Source: a virus
Lineage: Duplodnaviria; Caudoviricetes
Reading direction: 5' to 3' (one strand)
DNA length: 52,664 nucleotides
IMG/VR virus record: IMGVR_UViG_3300031211_000007
Coordinates: 1 to 52,664 of that record
Positions 33,807-43,212 of this stretch are shown here, one piece after another. The position numbers were made by a program, and so were the translations under genes. Numbering within the stretch: position 1 is the stretch's first letter; every line of letters starts with the position of its first letter. The notes under the pieces are model-generated. The model ran no database searches, was not told where the DNA came from, and worked only from the letters and a program-made list of their open reading frames with translations.

Positions 33807-35609
33807 ATGTCAAATTTTTTAACCTCAGGTAAAGTTGGTAATGTAGGTCTTAACCACATGAAAACAATTCGTGAAAACACTATCAACAAATGGAATTCTT
33901 TAGGATTCTTAGATGGTCTTAAAGGTCACGTTAAAGAGAACATCGCTCAGTTATATGAAAACGAAGCTTCTCACTTGTTAAACGAGTCTACTGACGCTGG
34001 TGGAAGTTCAGGTTCATTCGAAACTGTTGTGTTCCCTATCGTAAGAAGAGTATTCTCAAAGTTATTAGCTAATGATATTGTATCTGTACAAGCTATGAAT
34101 ATGCCAATTGGTAAATTATTCTTCTTTGTACCACAAACATCATCTAGATATGACTCTGCTAGTGGTAGCTACGGTGACCCTTACAAAGACGGTCCTGAAT
34201 TCTCTGCTCACACTTCAATGGGTTCAGATGGTTTACCAGTTGTAAAAGGTGTTGATGGATATACTCCAACAAAATACCAAGAGAAAAACCTATATGACCT
34301 TTATTACAATGATGGATTATTTGATGCATCAAAAGGTGAAATAACAATTCAAACAGGTTCTCTTAACCTAGTAACGTTAAATGAAAGCGGTAAGTTTGAA
34401 GCTGCAAGTAATTTAGCTGAACTTCCAACTGGAACTGATGGTTCTTTAAGGAATGTCATTGTTCAAGTTTCTGGATTTAGTTCAGAGAACAAAGGAAGAT
34501 TAACTGGACCAGATGGTAACCCAATGGACACTGAATCTTTCATGGCATCTTTAAAAGTTACTAACAACACGTCTCTTGATTTAGATGACCAAGATGGTAA
34601 TGTAATTTTTGGTCAAGGGGAAGAAATTCCTTTCAGATTAGTAACTCAAAAATACGGTAAAGGTATTGTTGAATATAATGATGTGTGTGATGACGCTGGT
34701 GTTATCTACTTAGAATTAGATTTAACTCACCCAGTAGAAGCTAACGGAACGTCAACATACGATGGTTATGTAGGTGTTGAATCGGATGCGGATGTAACTG
34801 GATTAACTTCTAATGACTTTGCAGTATCATGGGCAGAATATGCTCCATTAGAACTTGAAACTGAAATGGGAGAAGTATCTTTCAAATTAGACGAAGTTGT
34901 TGTTTCTGTTGAAGAAAGAAAATTGAGAGCTACATGGTCTCCAGAATTAGCGCAAGATGTTAGTGCATTCCACAACATTGATGCTGAAGCTGAATTAACT
35001 GCAATGCTTTCTGAGCAAGTTGCTGCTGAAATTGACAGGGAAATCTTAAGAGACTTAAGAAAAGCTGCTGCATGGCAACTAAGATGGGATTGGAACGGAT
35101 GGAGAAAAGCTTCATTGGCAGCCAATGCTTATACTCAAAAAGACTGGAATCAAACTTTAATTACTAAAGTTAACCAAATTTCAGCACAAATCCACAAGTC
35201 TACTCTTAGAGGTGGTGCTAACTTTATCGTAGTTTCTTCAGAGATTTCTGCTGTATTCGATGATTTAGAGTACTTCCACGTAAGTGATGCATCTCCAGAG
35301 CAAGACCAATATAACATGGGTATCGAGAAAATCGGTTCATTATCAGGTAGATATCAAGTATATAGAGACCCTTATGCACCTTCATGGTCATTGATTATGG
35401 GACACAAAGGTAAGTCTTTATTAGATACTGGTTACATTTACGCACCATACGTGCCAATGCAACTAACACCTACAATGTATAACCCATTCAACTTTGCACC
35501 AGTTAAAGGTATAATGACACGTTATGCTAAGAAAGTGGTAAACAACAGATTCTACGGAGCTGTTAGAGTTGATGGATTAACAACATTTAACCCGAACGAA
35601 TTAAGATAA
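33807..35609 (+). CDS. gp23: major capsid protein (T4 gp23-like)
   Basis: VQAMNMPIG, RKLRATWSPELAQD, EIDREIL, YAPYVP, GIMTRY; LLNE|S maturation-like site. Confidence 0.97.
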   Translation: MSNFLTSGKVGNVGLNHMKTIRENTINKWNSLGFLDGLKGHVKENIAQLYENEASHLLNESTDAGGSSGSFETVVFPIVRRVFSKLLANDIVSVQAMNMPIGKLFFFVPQTSSRYDSASGSYGDPYKDGPEFSAHTSMGSDGLPVVKGVDGYTPTKYQEKNLYDLYYNDGLFDASKGEITIQTGSLNLVTLNESGKFEAASNLAELPTGTDGSLRNVIVQVSGFSSENKGRLTGPDGNPMDTESFMASLKVTNNTSLDLDDQDGNVIFGQGEEIPFRLVTQKYGKGIVEYNDVCDDAGVIYLELDLTHPVEANGTSTYDGYVGVESDADVTGLTSNDFAVSWAEYAPLELETEMGEVSFKLDEVVVSVEERKLRATWSPELAQDVSAFHNIDAEAELTAMLSEQVAAEIDREILRDLRKAAAWQLRWDWNGWRKASLAANAYTQKDWNQTLITKVNQISAQIHKSTLRGGANFIVVSSEISAVFDDLEYFHVSDASPEQDQYNMGIEKIGSLSGRYQVYRDPYAPSWSLIMGHKGKSLLDTGYIYAPYVPMQLTPTMYNPFNFAPVKGIMTRYAKKVVNNRFYGAVRVDGLTTFNPNELR

Positions 35610-35632
35610 TATCTTAAAAACGTAATGATAGT

Positions 35633-35664
35633 AAAAAGGCCTAGATTAAATCTAGGCCTTTTTT
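35633..35664 (+). terminator. bidirectional intrinsic terminator after capsid gene
   Basis: AAAAAGGCCTAGATT/AATCTAGGCCTTTTT. Confidence 0.85.
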
Positions 35665-35675
35665 ATTGTCATAAA

Positions 35676-35834
35676 CTAATACCCTTTAACTACTTTTAAA
35701 ATCACCTCATCTATAGTGGCACCTATTAACCCTCTATTATTTATTAAGGTTTCATTGTCAAATCCTCTCATTAACAATTTATTCCTTATATCAGTTTCAA
35801 AACTTTTCTTTATTTTAGCATCAAACTTATCCAT
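35676..35834 (-). CDS. 52-aa hypothetical protein (not in ORF track)
   Basis: MDKFDAKIKKSFETDIRNK...VVKGY. Confidence 0.6.
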   Translation of the reverse strand: MDKFDAKIKKSFETDIRNKLLMRGFDNETLINNRGLIGATIDEVILKVVKGY

Positions 35835-35836
35835 AG

Positions 35837-35992
35837 TTAATTGTTTTTATTATTTTCGTATATTTCATATCGTATAATAAGTAGGGTGAACATTATTAGA
35901 GCAAATCTACTAGGTTCTCTAGCTCCTTCAGGTAGAATGGCTATCATTAATAAACATAACGCTGTTAATACTATAGCGTATATTAATTTCAT
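35837..35992 (-). CDS. 51-aa membrane protein (not in ORF track)
   Basis: MKLIYAIVLTALCLLMIAILP...FALIMFTLLII. Confidence 0.6.
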   Translation of the reverse strand: MKLIYAIVLTALCLLMIAILPEGAREPSRFALIMFTLLIIRYEIYENNKNN

Positions 35993-35994
35993 AC

Positions 35995-36567
35995 TTATCT
36001 TATTAGGTGTACGAATTGTTCAAACAAATATAATTTTGGGAAAAAAGTGACTTTAATCGCATCAGATATATTAACCAGTATGATGATAATACCGATTAGT
36101 GTAAACAAGATGTCAATTATTAACGTTAAGACTTGCTCGTAGGTAAAGTCATTATCATCTGCATCATACCTTAACCAATTATCTCGACTAACGTATCTAT
36201 AATCTACATGTCTTTTATCAGATGTTGGTTTATCTTTTGATTTGACATAAAAAATGGTTTTAACACCATATCTTATAATAGTCATGAGTGATATTGCAAA
36301 TAATATCAATAACCAGTAAATAATGGCTTCAAAATATAGATATTGTTTAATGACAACAGGAGTTTCTTCAACTACAAAATCAACACCCTTTTCAGCAGAC
36401 CTCATTAATTTTTCAATGTAAGGTTTGGATATTTTAAGAATTTCACCACCGCTGGATGTAATTTCTGAGACGCTTACATCATTTGATGTATTGGTCCCTT
36501 CTGATTGATTAAATGACAGTACTGACAATGGTAATAACACCATAATTGTAATTAGTAATTTTTTCAT
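35995..36567 (-). CDS. membrane protein with signal peptide
   Basis: MKKLLITIMVLLPL signal plus two TM helices. Confidence 0.8.
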   Translation of the reverse strand: MKKLLITIMVLLPLSVLSFNQSEGTNTSNDVSVSEITSSGGEILKISKPYIEKLMRSAEKGVDFVVEETPVVIKQYLYFEAIIYWLLILFAISLMTIIRYGVKTIFYVKSKDKPTSDKRHVDYRYVSRDNWLRYDADDNDFTYEQVLTLIIDILFTLIGIIIILVNISDAIKVTFFPKLYLFEQFVHLIR

Positions 36568-36569
36568 AT

Positions 36570-36803
36570 TTACTTGTTTTCTTTAATTAATATATATCTA
36601 GCAAATTTAATTTTATCACCAAATCTGTTCACTCCTTTTTCAGTAACGGTTTTAATTTCATGTCCGTCTTTCTTCAGTTCTAATATGGTAGCCGCCAACC
36701 TAGTGTTGCCTAAGTGATTAATCGCATACTATGAAGTAATCGACTTTGATGAATGATTTCTCATTGCATCTAAAACTCTTTGTTTACGTGTTACTTTGCT
36801 CAT
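36570..36803 (-). pseudogene. winged-helix (HTH_39-like) gene with in-frame TAG at codon 25
   Basis: SITS*YAINHLGNTRLAATILELKKDGHEI...NRFG...ARY; TAG at 36729-36731. Confidence 0.75.
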
Positions 36804-36837
36804 ATATTTATTAGGTTACAAATATAAAAATAATCTT

Positions 36838-36993
36838 TTAGTTACGCAAGTTTTTATTAATTAATTCTAGTTTTTTATTTTCCATTTTATTAATCAAATC
36901 CAAAGACTTAACAACAGGGTTGGTCTCAACCCAGAATTTAGCCCTATTTAGTTCAGTGTTTAATTCATCCAATGACATTTTCTTTATCTTCAT
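36838..36993 (-). CDS. hypothetical protein (start revised to MKIKK)
   Basis: ATG downstream of TATTTTTG (37014-37021). Confidence 0.6.
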   Translation of the reverse strand: MKIKKMSLDELNTELNRAKFWVETNPVVKSLDLINKMENKKLELINKNLRN

Positions 36994-37081
36994 AATTAAA
37001 TTTATTACTCTCACAAAAATACATAAAAAAAAGGAGAAACGCAAGTCCCTCCCTTTTTATCTTAATTACATACTTTAATGA

Positions 37082-37460
37082 CTACTCATCATCAACCAAA
37101 TTGTCCGTATTTACATTTGACATATCTGTTGAATTCATTGCCGTTGCAAAATACATTTGCTTAGATTTAAGTCTGGTATTGTTAGCGCTTCTAGTTCCCA
37201 TTACATCGTTACTGTATTGCATGGTATTACCAGCCTTAATTCCCCAAGACTTAGCGGACTCTACAGCGTCTTTTGTTGTACCCATGAAGGTAACACCCCA
37301 GTTACTATCTTCCGCTTCACTGAACAACTCCTCAACGTCCTCAACGCTGTATTTCTTAGAGTCATTCTCGTCACCATCAGTTAAGATGTTAACAAAAACC
37401 CCGTCTTGCTTCTTACCTACCAAATCAAATGATTCACCAATGGCATCAAATAAAATGCAG
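37082..37460 (-). pseudogene. C-terminal half of a vWA-domain protein
   Basis: LFDAIG...ILTDGDENDS...TFMG; the N-terminal DxSxS part is missing. Confidence 0.7.
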
Positions 37461-37463
37461 AAA

Positions 37464-38885
37464 TTAACCCTTTCTTTGGTCAACTTGACTTGTGATATCA
37501 AAACTAATAATGTTTTGCATTGTCCTCACTTCAGAATTTGACGTAACTTTAACATCTAAATGATACCTAGTAGGTAATAAACTCTGAGTATCAAGTAGGA
37601 AGTAATTGTAATTAAACGCCCTATTAACTGGTGTGTAATCAATTACCGTGTATTCGGCCTGACCCTCTCTTGTATATAGTCTATATTCAATAGATGATAA
37701 CACTTCTTGGTCATTAGTAGTATAAGGTACTTTAGCCATAACCCTCACTTTCCTAATATCACCACGTTTTATTTTTTCTGAATCTTTAATACCTGATACA
37801 TTAAATTTGTAATTCTTAGGTGTTGAGTTGTCACTACCAATGCTATAGTATTCATTAGAGTCTTTTAATTCGAACTCTAATTCAATAGGTGGTCTAGTTA
37901 TACCGTTTACAGTAATTCCTTCCCAAATATCTTCATATAAAACACAACCTATTTCTGTAGTAGGTACGGTTAGTTCTATTGAATACACTCCTATGTCTTC
38001 ATGAGTTATGTCTGAAGAAGTAAAGGCTGAAAATGTCTCACCTAAATTATCTAATATTGTAACGCTCATACCAGACATTGAGTCTACGTCTGTTGGTATA
38101 CCTCTTAGATTAACATATAGGTAAAGTTTATTTGGTTTATCTAAATAAAAGTCAGCTCTGTCATCTTGTATTGAATTTTCATATCTAGTTTCAACGTATG
38201 GTTCATAAAAAGTTTGTGTATGTCTTGTAAAGAAACCTACGTACTGTAATTCTTCTCTAATTGTATTTTCTAATGACTCATCAAAAGCTAAACCTAAACC
38301 ATTATTTGTATTACCAGTTAAATAACCATTAACAATATCAGTAACATCAATCTCTAGGTTTTCATTACCATCCTCAAAACTTTGCGTCGCTAGAGTAGTG
38401 CCACTGGTCCATCCACTAAAGACACCATTACCATTATCCCAAGTATCACCATTTCTAGGTTGTAACCAATTAGATGGTTCTGTACTTGTCACCGTACTAT
38501 CACTGGATGTAAAGTATTTTTGACCAGCAAAGTCATAACCAACACCCTCATCCCATTCTTGATTGATTTCAAATAAATTCAAGTCGAAAGATGAAGCTCT
38601 ATCTTTACCGTCAGCAGTTTGACCACCTAATAGTGAGGTATCAAACGTACTGGTGTTAGTCATTTTTAGAGTATGTTTTAATTTAGATATATCAGGGTAT
38701 AAACCTTTGGTCCTTAAGTCTATTATACGTTGTACGTCAAATTGGAATAAATATCTGCTAAAGAATGGTTCGTCCTTTTCAACGTTACCGCCATAAAACA
38801 TTTCAGCTACAGGGTTTTTACCTGTATTTTCGGTTCTATTATATATAATTGTGTTGTTTCTATCAAAGTAAGTCCTGATTACCAT
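37464..38885 (-). CDS. putative virion structural protein
   Basis: 473-aa beta-rich ORF (SRYLFQFD, QEWDEG, EIDVTDIV, NNGL); late motif at 38898. Confidence 0.75.
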   Translation of the reverse strand: MVIRTYFDRNNTIIYNRTENTGKNPVAEMFYGGNVEKDEPFFSRYLFQFDVQRIIDLRTKGLYPDISKLKHTLKMTNTSTFDTSLLGGQTADGKDRASSFDLNLFEINQEWDEGVGYDFAGQKYFTSSDSTVTSTEPSNWLQPRNGDTWDNGNGVFSGWTSGTTLATQSFEDGNENLEIDVTDIVNGYLTGNTNNGLGLAFDESLENTIREELQYVGFFTRHTQTFYEPYVETRYENSIQDDRADFYLDKPNKLYLYVNLRGIPTDVDSMSGMSVTILDNLGETFSAFTSSDITHEDIGVYSIELTVPTTEIGCVLYEDIWEGITVNGITRPPIELEFELKDSNEYYSIGSDNSTPKNYKFNVSGIKDSEKIKRGDIRKVRVMAKVPYTTNDQEVLSSIEYRLYTREGQAEYTVIDYTPVNRAFNYNYFLLDTQSLLPTRYHLDVKVTSNSEVRTMQNIISFDITSQVDQRKG

Positions 38886-38915
38886 ATTAATCTTTATTAA
38901 TAAATATCTATTTAT

Positions 38916-39857
38916 TTAGTTAATTTTTATATTTTTAGATAAGAAGGACTCAAGGTTGAACTCTAATAAATCATCGATGTCGTTTGAACCTGATAAATCT
39001 TGTGGTTTCATACCTGGGTATGTGTGTACGTGATTTACGAATGCATTGATTAAAACTTTTAAGAATTCGATTAAGTTGTCACCATATACCAAAGGATGTG
39101 CATCTTTAACAATTCTCTGCAACTCTTCATCAGATATCATATTGTTTTGGTCATTTAAAGCAAATCTAGGACTTCCATTCTTATGTGTTAGTAGGTTAAT
39201 TTTATTACTAACAACATTAATAGCACCACCTATTTCGGTTTCTGTATTCTGTGTACCTCTTTTTAAGGTAGCATCGTGCTTTATTTGTATGTAAGAAGGG
39301 TTTACCTTGTTGAATTTAGGTATTTCACCCTTGGGTGTGTCAGACTCAAACTGCCCTGCTCTAATTAATACCTCTTTTTCTTTTAACCTAATGTCAGTGT
39401 TGTCCCTACCTTGTAATGCAATGTCTTTTAAGTCTGGATAAACACCCCTATTTTCAGGTATTGTAAATGGTGCTGGTTGTGGTTCTTTCACACCACTATC
39501 TAAAGCTGATTTTGATGAGAATAATTCACTATCTTTGAACAGTAGTTGAGGTTGGGATATGATTGGTCCCATGTACATTCTATCAATGTTAGGATTCTTA
39601 ACGTCTGGTATAAAAACTAACACACTTTCACCCACTTTAGGTATGACATGTAAAAATTTCTGTACCATAGGGAAAGCGAATGGAATATTATCTCTAGTAA
39701 CACTATCATCAATACCAGTAATCCTAGCTTTTATCCTATTAGCGCCAAGATTATCTTCATTTGATACAACTTTACCATAATAAAATACAGTGGTCTCTAG
39801 ACGTTCTCTAGCACCCTTATTGTATATACTACTACCACCAAAAGCAAACTTACTCAT
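38916..39857 (-). CDS. baseplate hub/spike protein (gp5/gpV-like OB fold)
   Basis: GKVVSNED...RIKARI...AFP...IPKVGESVLV; C-terminal HVH. Confidence 0.75.
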   Translation of the reverse strand: MSKFAFGGSSIYNKGARERLETTVFYYGKVVSNEDNLGANRIKARITGIDDSVTRDNIPFAFPMVQKFLHVIPKVGESVLVFIPDVKNPNIDRMYMGPIISQPQLLFKDSELFSSKSALDSGVKEPQPAPFTIPENRGVYPDLKDIALQGRDNTDIRLKEKEVLIRAGQFESDTPKGEIPKFNKVNPSYIQIKHDATLKRGTQNTETEIGGAINVVSNKINLLTHKNGSPRFALNDQNNMISDEELQRIVKDAHPLVYGDNLIEFLKVLINAFVNHVHTYPGMKPQDLSGSNDIDDLLEFNLESFLSKNIKIN

Positions 39858-39860
39858 ACT

Positions 39861-40058
39861 TTAAAATTTTAATCTTTCATCCAACACTTTTTTAGATGTT
39901 AAATATTCAGCGTCCATGTCATCTAACTTACCTTTCAGTTTGTTTATTTTAGTGGCAAGACTAGCAATTTCTAATTTAATAGCCTCATATTCCTGATGCA
40001 TCTCAATTTGAGCTGACCTTATCTCATTATTACTTTTATGTTCCCATTTATATTCCAT
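39861..40058 (-). CDS. small coiled-coil protein
   Basis: 65-aa ORF in operon. Confidence 0.7.
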   Translation of the reverse strand: MEYKWEHKSNNEIRSAQIEMHQEYEAIKLEIASLATKINKLKGKLDDMDAEYLTSKKVLDERLKF

Positions 40059-40059
40059 A

Positions 40060-40464
40060 CTATCTAATTACACCGTTACCAGAAGCAATATTTGTTGTAA
40101 CTCCTTGGCTAATTATTGGACCACCTAAATTACCGACACCAGTGGTTGTTACTTGAACACCAGGTGGTACAGCTATTTCTATTTTGGCGTCTAAAACTAA
40201 CGCATTAACAATTTCTTCAACCATTATAGATGTCATAGATTCCATTACATTACTATTTTCTGAAAATATATCACCAGACGGAGCGCCAGCTTCAGATTGC
40301 CTAGATATAACATTAGATGTTATTTTACGTGGACTTAAACCTGGCCTTAGGTTAGCGCCAACAACTAACAATTGAGGTGGTAATGGTTCTATTGGTTTTC
40401 TAGTTGCGTTGAAAGCGGCTTTAAGACTTTCAATAACTTTTGTCATTGAGCTTTTATTTGCCAT
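40060..40464 (-). CDS. hypothetical, possibly baseplate-associated
   Basis: 134-aa ORF with Gly/Thr-rich C-terminus. Confidence 0.75.
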   Translation of the reverse strand: MANKSSMTKVIESLKAAFNATRKPIEPLPPQLLVVGANLRPGLSPRKITSNVISRQSEAGAPSGDIFSENSNVMESMTSIMVEEIVNALVLDAKIEIAVPPGVQVTTTGVGNLGGPIISQGVTTNIASGNGVIR

Positions 40465-40470
40465 ATTATT

Positions 40471-41913
40471 TTATGTTAATCCAGATATATTTCTAAGTAT
40501 CTCAGTATCTACACCAACCAAGCTGCTTAGTTGTGCCTGACTATACTTAACTCTTTCTACTTGAGTTCTTATTATATTATCCGCTACTAGAGTTTTAATT
40601 TCTTTTAAAACCCTTTCCAGTAATATTGACACCACTGAATCACGAATTGTTCTTAACACTGAAGTTAGTAAACTTTTATTTTTAATCATGAATTCCTCTA
40701 TATCTTTAAATGTTTCTCCGTAAACAATTAAATGATTTAAAGCTAATATACCTATTAGTTTAGGTGATAATATAACACCTACGATAGAATTCATTATATT
40801 CCTTAACATCTCTTCAATAAGATTGACCTTAACGTTATACCTATCTCTACTGTCGACATTACTTGCTGACTCTTCGGCCAGAGAATCTAATGCATTTCTA
40901 ACAATCCTAGTCTTTCTTTCAATTAATTGAGGTGTTACAGTCTGAGTATTGAATTCATCTAGTTCACTATCTAAAGACTTTATTGACTCGAATGATATTT
41001 CAGACTCTACGTTATCGCATGTAGTTATAAGTCTTTTACCTTTGCTTTTCATTTCAGCCTTGCTCTCAATGTTTGATAGTTCTTCATTACTAAACTGAAA
41101 AAAACTATTATCTACTATTTCCTCTTCATCTAGGTTAATAACTCTATCTATTATCTCCTGAATTTTAATTTCATTCTCAATAGTGTTTTTATTTTTAGAA
41201 GTGTTCAGACTAATGCTACCAAATAAAGACTCTATAACTGAGTTTATTAATTTATTAGTCTCAAATAGTTTGATGCTGTCGATATAGTCGTTATTTATGT
41301 CGGTCAACTTACTATCCTCATAATTTGAACTAGGTTTAATGTTTAAGGTATTATTATTACCGTTAGATGTGGTTGCATTTTGTGTGAATCTGATGTTTAG
41401 TATATCTTCACCTAAAGTCTGATTCCCCCAAGAACTAGTACCACCGTTGTCTTGTATTACTTCGTATAAGAAAGTATTGAAGTCAGTGCTGTTGGTCCCA
41501 GAGTTTACATCATTGTAAAGCAATTTACCAGCCCCTGAATTTGGGTTCACCTTAAACTTATCTAGTAAATCTACTCTATCGATTTCCAAAGTAATTCCAT
41601 CCTGAACAAACGAATCTGGTAATGAAGGGTTAATACTACAACTAACGAGCGATTTTAAAGCCTCCTTAAGGGCCTTTTTAACATCTAACTCTATATCTTC
41701 TAGGTTATGGGTTAAAACGTCTATAAGGCCTTCCTTTAAAGGCTCAAAACCTATTAACGACTTAGTTAAGTCTAATAAGAAATCTAAACTGTTAGTTTCC
41801 TGTGAAATTGAGTCAATAGAATTTGTATTAGAGAATTTAGGGTAACCTTCTGAAGATACCCTTAAAGCCGCTATTTGAGCAAATATGTCAGATTTTTCTC
41901 TAGTAACATTCAT
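40471..41913 (-). CDS. hypothetical protein
   Basis: 480-aa ORF in operon. Confidence 0.85.
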   Translation of the reverse strand: MNVTREKSDIFAQIAALRVSSEGYPKFSNTNSIDSISQETNSLDFLLDLTKSLIGFEPLKEGLIDVLTHNLEDIELDVKKALKEALKSLVSCSINPSLPDSFVQDGITLEIDRVDLLDKFKVNPNSGAGKLLYNDVNSGTNSTDFNTFLYEVIQDNGGTSSWGNQTLGEDILNIRFTQNATTSNGNNNTLNIKPSSNYEDSKLTDINNDYIDSIKLFETNKLINSVIESLFGSISLNTSKNKNTIENEIKIQEIIDRVINLDEEEIVDNSFFQFSNEELSNIESKAEMKSKGKRLITTCDNVESEISFESIKSLDSELDEFNTQTVTPQLIERKTRIVRNALDSLAEESASNVDSRDRYNVKVNLIEEMLRNIMNSIVGVILSPKLIGILALNHLIVYGETFKDIEEFMIKNKSLLTSVLRTIRDSVVSILLERVLKEIKTLVADNIIRTQVERVKYSQAQLSSLVGVDTEILRNISGLT

Positions 41914-41919
41914 TAAATC

Positions 41920-42288
41920 TTATTCTTTACTTTTAGACTCGTTAATCATTTCTCTAATCTTAGCAAAACTATCGTTAGATACTACTTCTGGATTATTATC
42001 TAAAGCGGTTTTAATTTCACCACTAAATTTAATAATATCACTTTGAAGTCTACCTACATCTAATTTAGTTTTTATTGCAGAATCTTTAACCTTTAAAGCA
42101 TCAGTTTTAGCTTTGGCTACTTTAGCCCAATCATCTACATCTTCAGGTACCGAACCAACACCAATTTCATTAACGACCTTTTGAGCGTCAGTTATTTGAT
42201 TACAAGCGTTATTGTAGACTTCTTGTAACAATCCTTGAAGAGAACTGTTATCATTTATTTTTATTTCTTGTTTTTTACTTCTAGGCAA
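41920..42288 (-). CDS. hypothetical helical protein
   Basis: 122-aa ORF with TTG start. Confidence 0.75.
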   Translation of the reverse strand: MPRSKKQEIKINDNSSLQGLLQEVYNNACNQITDAQKVVNEIGVGSVPEDVDDWAKVAKAKTDALKVKDSAIKTKLDVGRLQSDIIKFSGEIKTALDNNPEVVSNDSFAKIREMINESKSKE

Positions 42289-42300
42289 AATCTTATATTT

Positions 42301-42409
42301 TTAATATTTGTTATACTTATTTAGGTTACCTTCATATATCATACCATTAATTTCCCTTGTAGTTGCCCACAATGGTTGTAAATTACTTAAAGCATTAATA
42401 ATACATGTG
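42301..42409 (-). pseudogene. C-terminal remnant of an HNH-type endonuclease
   Basis: TCIINALSNLQPLWATTREINGMIYEGNLNKYNKY with no in-frame start before the motif. Confidence 0.7.
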
Positions 42410-42471
42410 TTTATTTATAAATAGATAAAAACTTTATTTTTATTAAATACCTAAAAAAAAAAAGATAATAA

Positions 42472-43212
42472 TTATAAAAAACCCTTATCTATTTTATCAG
42501 CTTTAGTTAGCTCATATATTGTCTTATATCTCCGCATAGCAATCCTAATGTCTTTAGTTACTAACCCTGTGTATTCTCTAATTGTACTAAGTATGCTATT
42601 CTTATTGAATTTGGAACCGCCACTTAGTGACTCAAATAAAGTTTCCCAGTTTCCTAAAATAGAAATTAGAGCTTCGCCTACTTTACGTTCATTCTCTGTT
42701 AATTTCTTTTTACCCTCATCTTCGCCGTTTAACTCACTTTTAATCTCATCGCACATGGTATCTATTAAGTCGCTTAGCATATAATCGGTATCCGATAAAT
42801 GGTAAATAAACTCGTCCTTTTCATGCACCTTATTAATTGATGACGTGAACTCCAGCGTCTGCCTCATATTCTTCTCATCTTTAATCAATAATCCTAATAT
42901 ATAGTTTTTACATATAGTTCCGTAATACGAGTAAGCTCTTTTACCTTTTTCTGGTTTAAATTTATCAGCTTTTAACATAAGGTAAGAGAGTGTGTCACCA
43001 TGTAGGTTTTCAAAAGTATAAGTTTTCCTATATAATTTATAACGTCTAATAATAGACTCAATCATTGTATTAAAAGCAGCTCTTAAGTGCTTATTATAAA
43101 TTTTATCTCTTTTAATAGGGTCTTCTTCATTCAAAAACCTAACAACGGCTTCCTCTTCTTCAGGGCCAAAATATAAACCTTTGATTCTTTTACGTCCTCT
43201 TTTTTTTGCCAT
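42472..43212 (-). CDS. late-transcription sigma factor (T4 gp55-like)
   Basis: KFKPEKGKRAYSYYGTICKNY resembles gp55/sigma region 2.3-2.4. Confidence 0.7.
   Translation of the reverse strand: MAKKRGRKRIKGLYFGPEEEEAVVRFLNEEDPIKRDKIYNKHLRAAFNTMIESIIRRYKLYRKTYTFENLHGDTLSYLMLKADKFKPEKGKRAYSYYGTICKNYILGLLIKDEKNMRQTLEFTSSINKVHEKDEFIYHLSDTDYMLSDLIDTMCDEIKSELNGEDEGKKKLTENERKVGEALISILGNWETLFESLSGGSKFNKNSILSTIREYTGLVTKDIRIAMRRYKTIYELTKADKIDKGFL

Noticed and set aside
36729-36731. Genome-wide TAG recoding (code 15)
   Set aside because: Long genes are intact in code 11 and several end in TAG (e.g. 8524, 32010, 40060); only one in-frame TAG was found.
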